Shown: one piece after another, positions 39,355 through 49,107 of the stretch
Numbering within the stretch: the stretch's first letter is position 1
How the letters are laid out: every line of letters begins with the position of its first letter
Assembly (NCBI GenBank): GCA_944383265.1
Contig: CALWOX010000005.1
Span: 79,863 to 143,862, forward strand
Origin: an uncultured Lachnospiraceae bacterium
Lineage (GTDB): Bacteria; Bacillota; Clostridia; Lachnospirales; Lachnospiraceae
Direction: 5' to 3'
DNA length: 64,000 bases
The notes under the pieces: generated by a model
The model's input: the letters and a program-made list of their open reading frames with translations, nothing else
What the model was told of the DNA's origin: nothing
The model's database searches: none
Made by a program: the position numbers and the translations under genes

Positions 39355-40539
39355 ATGAAGGAATTTCAGTTAAAGTACGGATGCAATCCCAACCAGAAGC
39401 CCTCAAGGCTGTATATGGCTGACGGAAGCGACCTCCCCTTTGAGATTTTAAACGGAAGGCCCGGATATATAAACTTTCTTGACGCTTTAAATTCATGGCA
39501 GCTTGTAAAGGAACTTAAGGAGGCCTTAGGACTCCCTGCGGCAACCTCCTTCAAGCATGTTTCCCCCACCTCTGCGGCAGTAGGAAGAAAACTGTCACCG
39601 GAGCTCAAGAAGGCATGCTTTGCGGATGATATAGAGGGACTTGACGATTCTCCTCTTGCCTGCGCTTATGTGAGAGCCAGAGGAACAGACAGGATGAGCT
39701 CCTTCGGAGACTGGATAGCTCTCTCGGATAAGTGCGACGTCACTACCGCAAATATAATAAAGAGAGAGGTATCAGACGGAATAATCGCTCCTGATTATGA
39801 CGAGGAGGCTCTTGAGATACTCAAGTCAAAGAAAAAGGGAAACTACAATGTAGTAAAGATAGACCCTGAATATATTCCTGCTGAGGCAGAACATAAGGAA
39901 GTTTTCGGAATAACTTTCGAGCAGGGAAGAAATAATTTCAAGATCAATGAGGCGCTTTTGGGAAATATAGTTACAGAAAACAAGATACTTCCCGACAGCG
40001 CAAAGAGAGATCTCATCATCGCTCTTATAACCTTAAAGTATACACAGTCAAATTCAGTCTGCTTTGCGGCGGACGGACAGGCTATAGGTGTAGGCGCAGG
40101 ACAGCAGTCGAGGATACACTGCACAAGGCTTGCGGGACAGAAGGCTGATATCTGGCATTTGAGACAGTCTGAAAAGGTCCTCTCACTTCCCTTTAAGAAG
40201 GAGCTCGGAAGGGCTGACAGGGACAATGTAATAGATGTATATATCTCCGATGAATGCGACGATGTCCTCAGCGAGGAGAACTGGAGAAACTACTTTACGG
40301 AGAGGCCAGAGCCCTTTACAAAAGCGGAGCAGAAGGAGTACCTCTCAAAGATAACCGGCGTGGCTCTCGGCTCCGACGCCTTCTTCCCATTCGGAGATAA
40401 TATTGAGAGGGCAAGAAAATCGGGAGTCAGCTACATAGCTCAGCCCGGCGGAAGCGTAAGAGACGACAATGTCATAAAGACCTGCAACAAGTACGGCATG
40501 ACAATGTGCTTTACGGGAATGAGGCTTTTCCATCATTAA
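39355..40539 (+). CDS. purH: AICAR formyltransferase (PurH C-terminal-domain-only form)
   Basis: 394 aa. The AICARFT-like sequence includes KYGCNPNQ, KHVSPTSAAVG, GVGAGQQSRIHCTRLAG and FFPFGDNIE. The N-terminal MGS-like IMP cyclohydrolase domain of bifunctional PurH is absent. Confidence 0.85.
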   Translation: MKEFQLKYGCNPNQKPSRLYMADGSDLPFEILNGRPGYINFLDALNSWQLVKELKEALGLPAATSFKHVSPTSAAVGRKLSPELKKACFADDIEGLDDSPLACAYVRARGTDRMSSFGDWIALSDKCDVTTANIIKREVSDGIIAPDYDEEALEILKSKKKGNYNVVKIDPEYIPAEAEHKEVFGITFEQGRNNFKINEALLGNIVTENKILPDSAKRDLIIALITLKYTQSNSVCFAADGQAIGVGAGQQSRIHCTRLAGQKADIWHLRQSEKVLSLPFKKELGRADRDNVIDVYISDECDDVLSEENWRNYFTERPEPFTKAEQKEYLSKITGVALGSDAFFPFGDNIERARKSGVSYIAQPGGSVRDDNVIKTCNKYGMTMCFTGMRLFHH

Positions 40540-40627
40540 TCGTTGACCTGAATCTTATTCGGAATGATTCGCAGGTAATCATTATTTAATAATATTTTGA
40601 TGAAAGATATGAAAGGGGGAGATAGCA

Positions 40628-41896
40628 TTGATTACAGCTGTAATAGGCGGAGGCGGAAGAGAGCACGCCATAATAAAGAAGCTTAAGGAAAATAAAGAGA
40701 TAGAAAAGATCTACGCAATTCCCGGAAACGGCGGAATAGCTGAGGATGCGCATTGTGTCGCAATATCCGCCACAGATATAGAGGGCGTTGTGGATTTCTG
40801 CAAGGATAACGGAGTGGAGTACGCTGTGGTTGCTCCTGACGACCCTCTCGTTATGGGAATGGCGGATGAGCTTGAAAAGGCGGGCATTCCCTCCTTCGGA
40901 CCTTCAAAGGCTGCAGCCATAATAGAGGGCTCCAAGGTATTTTCAAAGAATCTTATGAAAAAGTACGGGATACCTACCGCGGCCTATGAGGTATTTTCCG
41001 ATCCGAAGGAGGCATACAGCTATGTTGAGACCTGCCCCCTTCCCACTGTCATAAAGGCGGACGGACTGGCTCTCGGAAAGGGAGTTATCATTGCTGAGAC
41101 AAGAGACGAGGCGAGAGCTGCCGTAAAGACTGTCATGGAGGACAGAAAGTTCGGAAAGAGCGGAGACGAGATCGTTATTGAAGAATTTCTCACAGGCCCT
41201 GAGGTGTCTGTCTTAAGCTTTACAGACGGAAAGACCATGTGCCCAATGGTTTCAAGTATGGATCACAAGAGAGCTCTTGACGGAGACAAGGGCTTAAACA
41301 CAGGTGGAATGGGCACTATCGCACCTAATCCTTACTATACCGAGGACATAGCAAAGGAGTGTATGGAGAAGATATTCCTTCCTACAATGGATGCCATGAA
41401 CAAGGAGGGAAGGACCTTTAAGGGCTGCCTGTATTTCGGGCTTATGCTGACGGAAAACGGACCTAAGGTAATAGAGTATAACTGCCGCTTCGGAGACCCT
41501 GAGACTCAGGTGGTACTGCCCCTTTTAAAGACGGATCTCTTTGAGATAATGAAGGCTGTTACAGAGGAAAGGCTTTCCGAGATAAACATAGAGTGGAAGG
41601 ACGAGGCCGCAGCCTGCGTTATCATAGCTTCAGGCGGATATCCCGAGTCCTACAAGAAGGGCTATCCCATTGAGCTTCCTGAGAACAGAGAGCAGATATA
41701 TGTTGCGGGAGCCGAGCTTAAGGACGGAGTCCTCGTTACCTCGGGAGGAAGAGTCCTCGGAGTTACAGAGACCGCAAAGGAGCTTCCGGAGGCTATAGAA
41801 AAAGCTTATGAGACTGCTCGAAAGGTGCATTTCACAGACATGCATATGAGAACGGATATAGGAAAGAGAGCTCTTATGGCTCTTTCAGGAAAATAA
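40628..41896 (+). CDS. purD: phosphoribosylamine--glycine ligase
   Basis: 422 aa with VIGGGGREHAI and an ATP-grasp core. The start is TTG, preceded by GGGGGAG. The nearby upstream ATG is out of frame. Confidence 0.93.
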   Translation: MITAVIGGGGREHAIIKKLKENKEIEKIYAIPGNGGIAEDAHCVAISATDIEGVVDFCKDNGVEYAVVAPDDPLVMGMADELEKAGIPSFGPSKAAAIIEGSKVFSKNLMKKYGIPTAAYEVFSDPKEAYSYVETCPLPTVIKADGLALGKGVIIAETRDEARAAVKTVMEDRKFGKSGDEIVIEEFLTGPEVSVLSFTDGKTMCPMVSSMDHKRALDGDKGLNTGGMGTIAPNPYYTEDIAKECMEKIFLPTMDAMNKEGRTFKGCLYFGLMLTENGPKVIEYNCRFGDPETQVVLPLLKTDLFEIMKAVTEERLSEINIEWKDEAAACVIIASGGYPESYKKGYPIELPENREQIYVAGAELKDGVLVTSGGRVLGVTETAKELPEAIEKAYETARKVHFTDMHMRTDIGKRALMALSGK

Positions 41897-41915
41897 AAAT
41901 TTGAACGGAGTAAAT

Positions 41916-44900
41916 ATGGTTTATCGAATTTTTGTAGAAAAAAAGCATGGCCTTGAAAACGAGGCAAAGAGCCTGCTTTCCGATGTGCAGAGCTTCCTGG
42001 GCATAACCGGGCTCAAGGCCGTAAGGCTTTTCAACAGATATGACGTGTCGGGAATATCAGAGGATGTATTTGAGAAGGCTGAGAAAACAGTATTTTCAGA
42101 GCCTCAGCTTGACATTGTCACAAAAGACATGAATGAGGTCAGCGCAAAGGATTATTATACGGATTTCGGAAAGGCCTGTGACAGCGCGGAAAAAGAGGGG
42201 AGCATTGCAAAACTCGGAATATCCGACGATGAAGCCTTTGTCTTTGCGGTGGAATATCTTCCCGGACAGTATGACCAGAGAGCCGACAGCGCTGCCCAGT
42301 GTATACAGATAATATCAGAGGGAGAAAGGCCCGAGGTAAGGACAGCGAGAGTTTACAAGCTTTACGGAAGCCTTACTGAGGCGGATATCGAGGCTATAAA
42401 GAAATATGTCATAAACCCCGTGGAGGCGAGAGAGGCAAAGCTTGAGCCTGTGACAAGCCTCAAGACAGAATATGACATCCCCACAGAGGTTGCGACTGTG
42501 GAGGGCTTTATCTCTCTTTCCGATGACGAGCTTGAGGCCTTAAGGAAAAAGCTTGGACTCGCCATGGACTTTGATGACATAAAGTTCTGCGCGGATTATT
42601 TCAGAACCGAAAAGAGAAATCCCACTATCACAGAGATAAAGATGATAGACACCTACTGGTCTGACCACTGCCGACATACCACCTTCCTTACAACTGTGGA
42701 CAAGGTGACTTTTGAGGACAGGGAAGTAGAGGAGGCATGGAACAGGTATATATCCGTAAGGGATGAGCTCGGCAGGAAAAAGCCTGTAAACTTTATGGAT
42801 ATAGCCACCCTTGCGGCAAAGTATCTCAAGAAGCAGGGAAAGCTTCAGAAGCTTGACGAATCCGAGGAGATCAATGCCTGCACAGTAAAGATAAAGGTAA
42901 ATGTGGATGGCAGGGATGAGGACTGGCTGCTTCTTTTCAAGAACGAGACTCACAACCACCCCACGGAGATAGAGCCCTTCGGAGGTGCCGCAACCTGTAT
43001 AGGCGGAGCCATAAGAGATCCTCTTTCAGGAAGAGCCTATGTATATCAGGCAATGAGAGTCACAGGAGCCGCAGATCCCTTAAAGCCTCTCTCGGAGACC
43101 ATGGAGGGAAAGCTTCCTCAGAGAAAACTTGTGACAACAGCCGCCGCAGGATACTCATCTTACGGAAACCAGATCGGTCTTGCTACAGGAATAGTTGATG
43201 AGATATATCACGACGGATACGCTGCAAAGAGAATGGAGATAGGTGCTGTCGTAGGCGCGGCTCCCGCGGAAAATGTAAGGAGAGAGGTTCCCGCTCCCGG
43301 GGATGCGGTGATACTCCTTGGAGGAAGGACCGGAAGAGACGGCTGCGGAGGAGCTACAGGCTCTTCAAAGGCGCATGACCTCCACTCTATAGAGACCTGC
43401 GGAGCCGAGGTACAAAAAGGTAATGCTCCTGAAGAGAGAAAGCTCCAGAGGCTTTTCAGAAATAAAGACGCTTCACTTATGATAAAGCGCTGCAATGACT
43501 TCGGCGCCGGTGGAGTTTCCGTTGCCATAGGAGAGCTTGCCGACGGACTCTTTATAGATCTTAACAAGGTCCCCAAGAAGTATGAGGGACTTGACGGAAC
43601 GGAGCTTGCCATATCCGAGTCGCAGGAGAGGATGGCTGTAGTTGTCGCTCCCGAGGATGTGGATAGATTTATGGAGATAGCTCACAGCGAGAACCTCGAG
43701 GCTACAGTAGTCGCCGAGGTAAGGAAGGATCCCCGCCTTGTTATGACATGGAACGGCAAAAATATCGTTGACATAAGCAGGGAATTCCTGAATTCAAACG
43801 GAGCGGAAAAGCATATCGATATCCTTGTGGAAAAGCAGGAGGATGTTGTAAACGGAAGCACTTTGGAGGATAAGGCGGGTCATTCCTTCAAGGAGAGACT
43901 TACAGAACTCTCAAAAGACCTTAACATATGTTCAAAGAAGGGACTTTCAGAGCGTTTTGACTCTACAATAGGAGCGGGAAGCATACTTATGCCCTTCGGA
44001 GGAAAATATCAGCTCACACCTGTTCAGGCAATGGCTGCAAAGGTATCCGTCGAGAAGGCTGATACGGATACCTGCTCGATGATGGCATGGGGATACAATC
44101 CCTTCCTCACAGAGAAGAATCAGTACAGAGGAGCGTACCTTGCTGTTGTGGAGTCTGTTTCAAAGCTAATAGCATCGGGAGCAGGATTTGAGGATGTTTA
44201 CCTCACCTTCCAGGAGTACTTTGAAAAGCCCGGAACAGAGGGAGAGCGTTGGGGCAAGCCCTTGGCGGCTCTTCTGGGGGCCTTTGAGGCGCAGCTTGAC
44301 CTTGAAGCGGCGGCAATAGGCGGAAAGGACAGCATGAGCGGAAGCTTTGAAAAGCTTGACGTGCCTCCTACCCTTGTATCCTTTGCCGTTACTGCCGAGA
44401 AGGCGGAAAATGTTATCTCCCCCGAATTTAAAAATGCGGGCTCAACAGTCCTTCTCATGAAGCCTCACTATAAGGAAAACGGGCTTCCCTGTATGGATTC
44501 CTTAAAGAAGCTTTACGATACAGTCCATAAGGCTGTTGCAAACAAGAAGATCATTTCGGCATACACTCCTTGTCAGGGCGGAGTTGCAGAGGCGGTTATG
44601 AAGCAGTGCTTCGGAAATATGACAGGCTTTGGATATGATAAAGAAATAAGCGCCGACGAGCTCTTCGGATATTGCTACGGAGCATTTGTAGTTGAGACCG
44701 ACAGCACCGAGACGGCTGAGGCTATACTTGACTGTGAGACTGTTAAGAGCGGAGCCTTCGATGTAAAGAAACTTGGAATTACTACAGAAGAAAAGACGAT
44801 AGTTCTCGGAAATGAGAGCGTTGATCTTTCAGAGCCCCTTTGCTCCTATGAGGAAAAACTTGAGCCTGTATTTGCCTGCAACAGAACAGGAGCGGATGAG

Positions 44901-45776
44901 CCTGCTGCAGAGCAAAAGGACATAAGTCTTCCCGAGCACGAGGCAAAGACATGGGCCAAGCCTATGGTAAGATCGGCTGTGCCTAAGGTACTGATACCTG
45001 TATTCCCGGGAACAAACTGTGAGTATGACAGCGCAAAGGCTGTGGCTGCGGCAGGACTTGAGCCTGATATTCAGATAATCAGAAATCTTACCGCAGATGA
45101 CATAAAGGAGTCTGTGGAGAGGGTATCAAAGGCTATAGCGGAAAGCAATATAATCTTTATTCCGGGAGGCTTCTCGGGAGGAGATGAGCCCGACGGTTCC
45201 GCAAAGTTTATAACCTCATTTTTCAGAAATGAGAGGATAAGGGAAGAGGTGGACAAGCTCCTTGATACAAGGGACGGACTCATGTGCGGAATCTGTAACG
45301 GTTTCCAGGCCCTTATAAAGCTCGGACTTGTTCCCTTCGGAAGGATAACGGATACAGATGAAAGCTGCCCTACACTTACATACAATACCATAGGAAGACA
45401 CCAGTCAAAGATAGTAACACTGAGGGTGGTTTCAAACAAGTCCCCCTGGCTTATGAACACAAAACCCGGAGAACTCTACAAGGTTCCCGTTTCCCATGGA
45501 GAGGGAAGATTCCTTGCAACAGAGGAGCTTGTTAAGAAGCTTTCGGATAACGGACAGATTGCAACTCAGTATGCGGATCTTTGCGGAAATCCTACCATGG
45601 ATATAAGATACAATCCTAACGGCTCTGTATATGCCATTGAAGGAATCACCTCGCCTGACGGCAGGGTATTCGGAAAGATGGGACATGCGGAGAGGATAGG
45701 AAAGCTGCTCTACAAGAATGTTCCCGGAGAGTATGATATGGGAATGTTCAGAGGAGCAAAGAAATATTTTGAGTAG
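41916..45776 (+). CDS. purL: phosphoribosylformylglycinamidine synthase, single-chain large form (PurS-PurL-PurQ fused)
   Basis: About 1286 aa. It has a PurS-like N-terminus, the FGAM synthetase core (HNHPTEIEPFGGAATCIGG) and a C-terminal class I amidotransferase (CGICNGFQAL, VSHGEGRF). I set the start at the ATG at 41916. Confidence 0.94.
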   Translation: MVYRIFVEKKHGLENEAKSLLSDVQSFLGITGLKAVRLFNRYDVSGISEDVFEKAEKTVFSEPQLDIVTKDMNEVSAKDYYTDFGKACDSAEKEGSIAKLGISDDEAFVFAVEYLPGQYDQRADSAAQCIQIISEGERPEVRTARVYKLYGSLTEADIEAIKKYVINPVEAREAKLEPVTSLKTEYDIPTEVATVEGFISLSDDELEALRKKLGLAMDFDDIKFCADYFRTEKRNPTITEIKMIDTYWSDHCRHTTFLTTVDKVTFEDREVEEAWNRYISVRDELGRKKPVNFMDIATLAAKYLKKQGKLQKLDESEEINACTVKIKVNVDGRDEDWLLLFKNETHNHPTEIEPFGGAATCIGGAIRDPLSGRAYVYQAMRVTGAADPLKPLSETMEGKLPQRKLVTTAAAGYSSYGNQIGLATGIVDEIYHDGYAAKRMEIGAVVGAAPAENVRREVPAPGDAVILLGGRTGRDGCGGATGSSKAHDLHSIETCGAEVQKGNAPEERKLQRLFRNKDASLMIKRCNDFGAGGVSVAIGELADGLFIDLNKVPKKYEGLDGTELAISESQERMAVVVAPEDVDRFMEIAHSENLEATVVAEVRKDPRLVMTWNGKNIVDISREFLNSNGAEKHIDILVEKQEDVVNGSTLEDKAGHSFKERLTELSKDLNICSKKGLSERFDSTIGAGSILMPFGGKYQLTPVQAMAAKVSVEKADTDTCSMMAWGYNPFLTEKNQYRGAYLAVVESVSKLIASGAGFEDVYLTFQEYFEKPGTEGERWGKPLAALLGAFEAQLDLEAAAIGGKDSMSGSFEKLDVPPTLVSFAVTAEKAENVISPEFKNAGSTVLLMKPHYKENGLPCMDSLKKLYDTVHKAVANKKIISAYTPCQGGVAEAVMKQCFGNMTGFGYDKEISADELFGYCYGAFVVETDSTETAEAILDCETVKSGAFDVKKLGITTEEKTIVLGNESVDLSEPLCSYEEKLEPVFACNRTGADEPAAEQKDISLPEHEAKTWAKPMVRSAVPKVLIPVFPGTNCEYDSAKAVAAAGLEPDIQIIRNLTADDIKESVERVSKAIAESNIIFIPGGFSGGDEPDGSAKFITSFFRNERIREEVDKLLDTRDGLMCGICNGFQALIKLGLVPFGRITDTDESCPTLTYNTIGRHQSKIVTLRVVSNKSPWLMNTKPGELYKVPVSHGEGRFLATEELVKKLSDNGQIATQYADLCGNPTMDIRYNPNGSVYAIEGITSPDGRVFGKMGHAERIGKLLYKNVPGEYDMGMFRGAKKYFE

Positions 45777-45796
45777 TATTTAACAGAGAAAGATAA

Positions 45797-45851
45797 AACA
45801 CTCCCCTTCTCGGCTTAATCGCTTCGCTGCATGCCGCAGAAGGGGAGTGTT
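45797..45851. terminator. bidirectional terminator between purL and the convergent deacetylase gene
   Basis: Perfect 12-bp outer stem AACACTCCCCTT / AAGGGGAGTGTT enclosing a GC-rich loop region. It is flanked by an A-rich tract on the left and a T-rich tract on the right. Confidence 0.75.
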
Positions 45852-45864
45852 ATTGACTTTTATT

Positions 45865-46914
45865 TTAAAATGAATAGTAAACCTTTCCGGGCTGAAGTGC
45901 CACGCCTTTGTATTTGGCAAGCTCGCTGACTGTGACAAGCTGATAACCCTGTGAGCTTAAGGTGGGGATCAAATAATCCGAGGCATCCGCCGTCGCATTG
46001 TAAAGCTCATGCATCAGTATCACATCTCCGTCCTTTACCTTACTCATGACTTCATTTATGGTTTTTTGAGCATTTTTGTGATCCCAGTCTCTTGTGTCTA
46101 TATTCCAAAGGACTATGGGCATATTTACATTGGAAAGGACAGTTGAATTCTTATTTCCTCCCGGGAGTCTCATTACAGAGGGAGTGACGCCGCAGGCAGC
46201 CTGAACGGCTGCATTACACTTGGCTACCTCGTCTCTTATGACATCAGCTCCGTACTTGTTCAAGTATTTGTGGCTGTATGAGTGGTTCGCTATCTCATGT
46301 CCCTCGGCCGCCATGCGCTGAACCTCCGAGGTGTAGGTCGGAACTCTGTTGCCTACCAAAAAGAAGGTTGCTCTTCCGTTGTTGGCCGCCATCACATCCA
46401 TTATCCTGTTTCCTACCTTGGGATTGGGTCCGTCATCATAGGTGAGGGATATCATGGGCTTGTCAGTGTAGAGGATGCGGCCGTTTGACATTACCGCGTT
46501 TGCGGGAAGCTGAGCCTCCTCGCCGCCTGACTCGGGGACACCGGCGGTCTCATCAGGCTTAGCTTCGGCTTGTGTTTCCTGAGGAGCTTCATCCGATGAG
46601 GCCGAAGCATCCTGCTGAGCCGAGTCGTCAGGTTGAGTTTCAGCTTCAGGCTGCTGAGCCTCCTGTTGATTATCGGCTTCGGGCGATACGGGTATTATGA
46701 TATTTTCCGAGGGCTCATATACAGGGGATACTGTGTCCTGAGGTGTTTCTCCTGATGAGGTGCTTCCGTCGGGGAGGGTATCCTCGACCCATACTGCCTC
46801 TCCCGGGCCCAGCTCCTCATTTATCCATTTTGCCGATGCGGACATGGGCAGCATTAGCGAAAAAACCATAGCCGCCGCGGCAAGTTTAAAGATTACGTTC
46901 TTTTTCATGATCAA
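45865..46914 (-). CDS. secreted polysaccharide deacetylase (NodB homology domain, peptidoglycan/xylan deacetylase-like)
   Basis: 349 aa. It has a signal peptide (MKKNVIFKLAAAAMVFSLMLPMSASA), a low-complexity linker of about 110 aa rich in E/Q/A/P/D, and a NodB domain (LTYDDGP, HSYSH, LMHE). The start is either the TTG at 46914 or the ATG at 46908. Confidence 0.85.
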   Translation of the reverse strand: MIMKKNVIFKLAAAAMVFSLMLPMSASAKWINEELGPGEAVWVEDTLPDGSTSSGETPQDTVSPVYEPSENIIIPVSPEADNQQEAQQPEAETQPDDSAQQDASASSDEAPQETQAEAKPDETAGVPESGGEEAQLPANAVMSNGRILYTDKPMISLTYDDGPNPKVGNRIMDVMAANNGRATFFLVGNRVPTYTSEVQRMAAEGHEIANHSYSHKYLNKYGADVIRDEVAKCNAAVQAACGVTPSVMRLPGGNKNSTVLSNVNMPIVLWNIDTRDWDHKNAQKTINEVMSKVKDGDVILMHELYNATADASDYLIPTLSSQGYQLVTVSELAKYKGVALQPGKVYYSF

Positions 46915-47118
46915 AAATTACTCCTCGTTTTGTATAATGTATGAGCTATTATATACGATAAGGATGTCATTGTGAACTTAAATAAATTTAAGATTCGGAA
47001 ATGATTACAAATTTCTTACATTGTTTCAGACGTACACGAAATATATCGACTTCCGTAAAAAAAAGATATATTATAATTGATATAATCATATTAATATCAG
47101 GTTAAAGAGGTATTTGAA

Positions 47119-48336
47119 ATGATGGTGAGAAGGGAACTTTACCTTAAGAGGATCGAAATGTATATAGGCAGGCCTGTGGTGAAGCTTATAACGGGGGTCA
47201 GGCGTTCGGGCAAAACTACCATATTGAGGCAGATAAGAGACGAGCTTGCCGAAAACGAGACTCCGAAGGAAAGTATGATATATCTTAATTTTGACGGCTT
47301 ATGTTATGCTTATCTGACAAAGCAGGAGGAGCTTTACGATCTTTTGAAGTCAGAGGCTGAAAAAAGGGAGGGAAAGCTTTGGTTTTTCCTTGATGAGCTT
47401 CAGAATGTGAAGTACTGGGCGAAGGCTGTGACCGCCATAAGCTCCGAGTATGACTGCGAGTTCTTTGTGACTTCTTCCACGAACAAGCTCCTTTATGACG
47501 GATTTGCAAGAGATCTCGGCTACAGATATGTGAAGATAGATGTATACCCGCTTATATTCAGCGAGTATCTGGAGTTTGTAAAGGACAAGGAGGAGTACAA
47601 GGATAAGACCGAGGAGGAGCTTTTCAAGTCTTATCTCCTTAACGGGGCAATGCCCGGGGTCCATGCGCTTAACGAGACTGTAGGCACAAGGAAGTCTTAT
47701 CTTCAGGATATATATAATTCCATACTCCTTAAGGATGTTGTGCAGTGCAATAAGCTGAGGGACATATCCCATATAGACAGGATAATGCAGTTCATTATGG
47801 AAAATGTGGGCAGCACCTTTTCTCCCAAGGCCATAAAGGATTATGTAAAGGAGCAGGGAGTCACCATCAGCGTGGACACGGTATATTCATTTCTTGAGGC
47901 CCTTATGGGAGCATATCTTATATACAGAGTTCCCCGCTATGATATAAAAAATGACAAGCTCCTTGAGACCCAGGAAAAATATTATATATGTGATTTCGGA
48001 ATGAAGAATGCGGTAATGGGAAAGCTTCCTCAAAACTATGAGGCGGAGCTTGAAAACGTTCTCTACCTTGAGCTTTTGTCGAGAGGCTTTAAGGTATATG
48101 TGGGCAAGCAGGGAAGATATCAGGTGGACTTCATGGCCACAAAGCAGGAGGACAGGACATATATCAACTGCTGCAATGCTCTCGCTGACAATGAGGCCAT
48201 AAGGAGAGAATTCAATCCCCTGATAAAAATAAAGGATAATTATTTTAAGATAGTACTGTCCATGGACAGCACCGCAAGGGTAAACAAGGGAGGCATAATC
48301 AATTACCCTCTTCTCAAATTCCTGTGTGAGGCGTAA
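47119..48336 (+). CDS. AAA+ ATPase with C-terminal DUF4143-like (PD-(D/E)xK-like) domain, COG1373 type
   Basis: 405 aa. Walker A is GVRRSGKTT and Walker B-like is WFFLDELQ. The C-terminal segment ELENVLYLELLSRGFKVYVGKQGRYQVDFMATK resembles the E..(E/Q)VDF..K nuclease-fold motif seen in this family. Confidence 0.75.
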   Translation: MMVRRELYLKRIEMYIGRPVVKLITGVRRSGKTTILRQIRDELAENETPKESMIYLNFDGLCYAYLTKQEELYDLLKSEAEKREGKLWFFLDELQNVKYWAKAVTAISSEYDCEFFVTSSTNKLLYDGFARDLGYRYVKIDVYPLIFSEYLEFVKDKEEYKDKTEEELFKSYLLNGAMPGVHALNETVGTRKSYLQDIYNSILLKDVVQCNKLRDISHIDRIMQFIMENVGSTFSPKAIKDYVKEQGVTISVDTVYSFLEALMGAYLIYRVPRYDIKNDKLLETQEKYYICDFGMKNAVMGKLPQNYEAELENVLYLELLSRGFKVYVGKQGRYQVDFMATKQEDRTYINCCNALADNEAIRREFNPLIKIKDNYFKIVLSMDSTARVNKGGIINYPLLKFLCEA

Positions 48337-48339
48337 AAC

Positions 48340-49107
48340 ATGATAGATATAAAAAGGCTTACAAAAAAGAAAATAGTAGTGGTGACAGGCTCCACAAGGG
48401 GTATAGGCTTTGCCATAGCGAAGCGCTTTGCGGATTATGGCTATTTTGTGGTCCTTAACGGCAGAGAGCGACATGCCCTTAACCTCGCCACCGCGGAGAT
48501 AGAAAAGATGGGTATACCTTGCGCCGGGGCTGCGGGAGACGTGGGAGACCCTAAATTTGTAAAGGGCCTTTTCATATCTCTTGAGAAGATAGCGACAGAA
48601 TACGGCTACGACAATCCTGTGGATATTTTGGTCAATAATGCAGGCATCTCAAAGGTGGGCCTCATTCAGGACATGAGCTTTGAAGACTGGAATGAGATAG
48701 TGAACGCCAACCTTACAGGAGTTTTTAACACCTGCAAGGAGGCTGTACCGAGGATGGTCAAGGCAAAGTCGGGAAAGATCATAAACATATCGTCCGTATG
48801 GGGCTGCGTAGGAGCGTCCTGTGAGGTGGCGTACTCAGCTACAAAGGGAGGGGTAAACGCATTTACAAAGGCTCTTGCAAAGGAGCTTGCGCCCAGCGGA
48901 ATATCCGTAAACGCCCTTGCCTTGGGAGCGATAGATACAAGGATGAATTCCTTTATGGATCCCGAGGAAAAGAAGAGCCTTATTGAAGAGATCCCCGCAG
49001 GCAGGATGGGTACGCCGGACGAGGTGGCAGATCTCGTGCTCAAGCTCGCCCGCACAGGGCCGTATCTCACAGGTGAGGTCATAAGGTTTGACGGAGCCTG
49101 GATCTGA
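48340..49107 (+). CDS. SDR family oxidoreductase (FabG-like)
   Basis: 255 aa with the motifs TGSTRGIG, NNAG and the catalytic S...YSATK. It starts 4 nt after the stop of the ATPase gene. Confidence 0.85.
   Translation: MIDIKRLTKKKIVVVTGSTRGIGFAIAKRFADYGYFVVLNGRERHALNLATAEIEKMGIPCAGAAGDVGDPKFVKGLFISLEKIATEYGYDNPVDILVNNAGISKVGLIQDMSFEDWNEIVNANLTGVFNTCKEAVPRMVKAKSGKIINISSVWGCVGASCEVAYSATKGGVNAFTKALAKELAPSGISVNALALGAIDTRMNSFMDPEEKKSLIEEIPAGRMGTPDEVADLVLKLARTGPYLTGEVIRFDGAWI

Noticed and set aside
47887-48474. 195-aa minus-strand ORF across the ATPase/SDR junction, and similar ORFs at 47350-47772 and 54024-54500
   Set aside because: They are antisense to ORFs with clear Walker, SDR or methyltransferase motifs, and have no independent signals.
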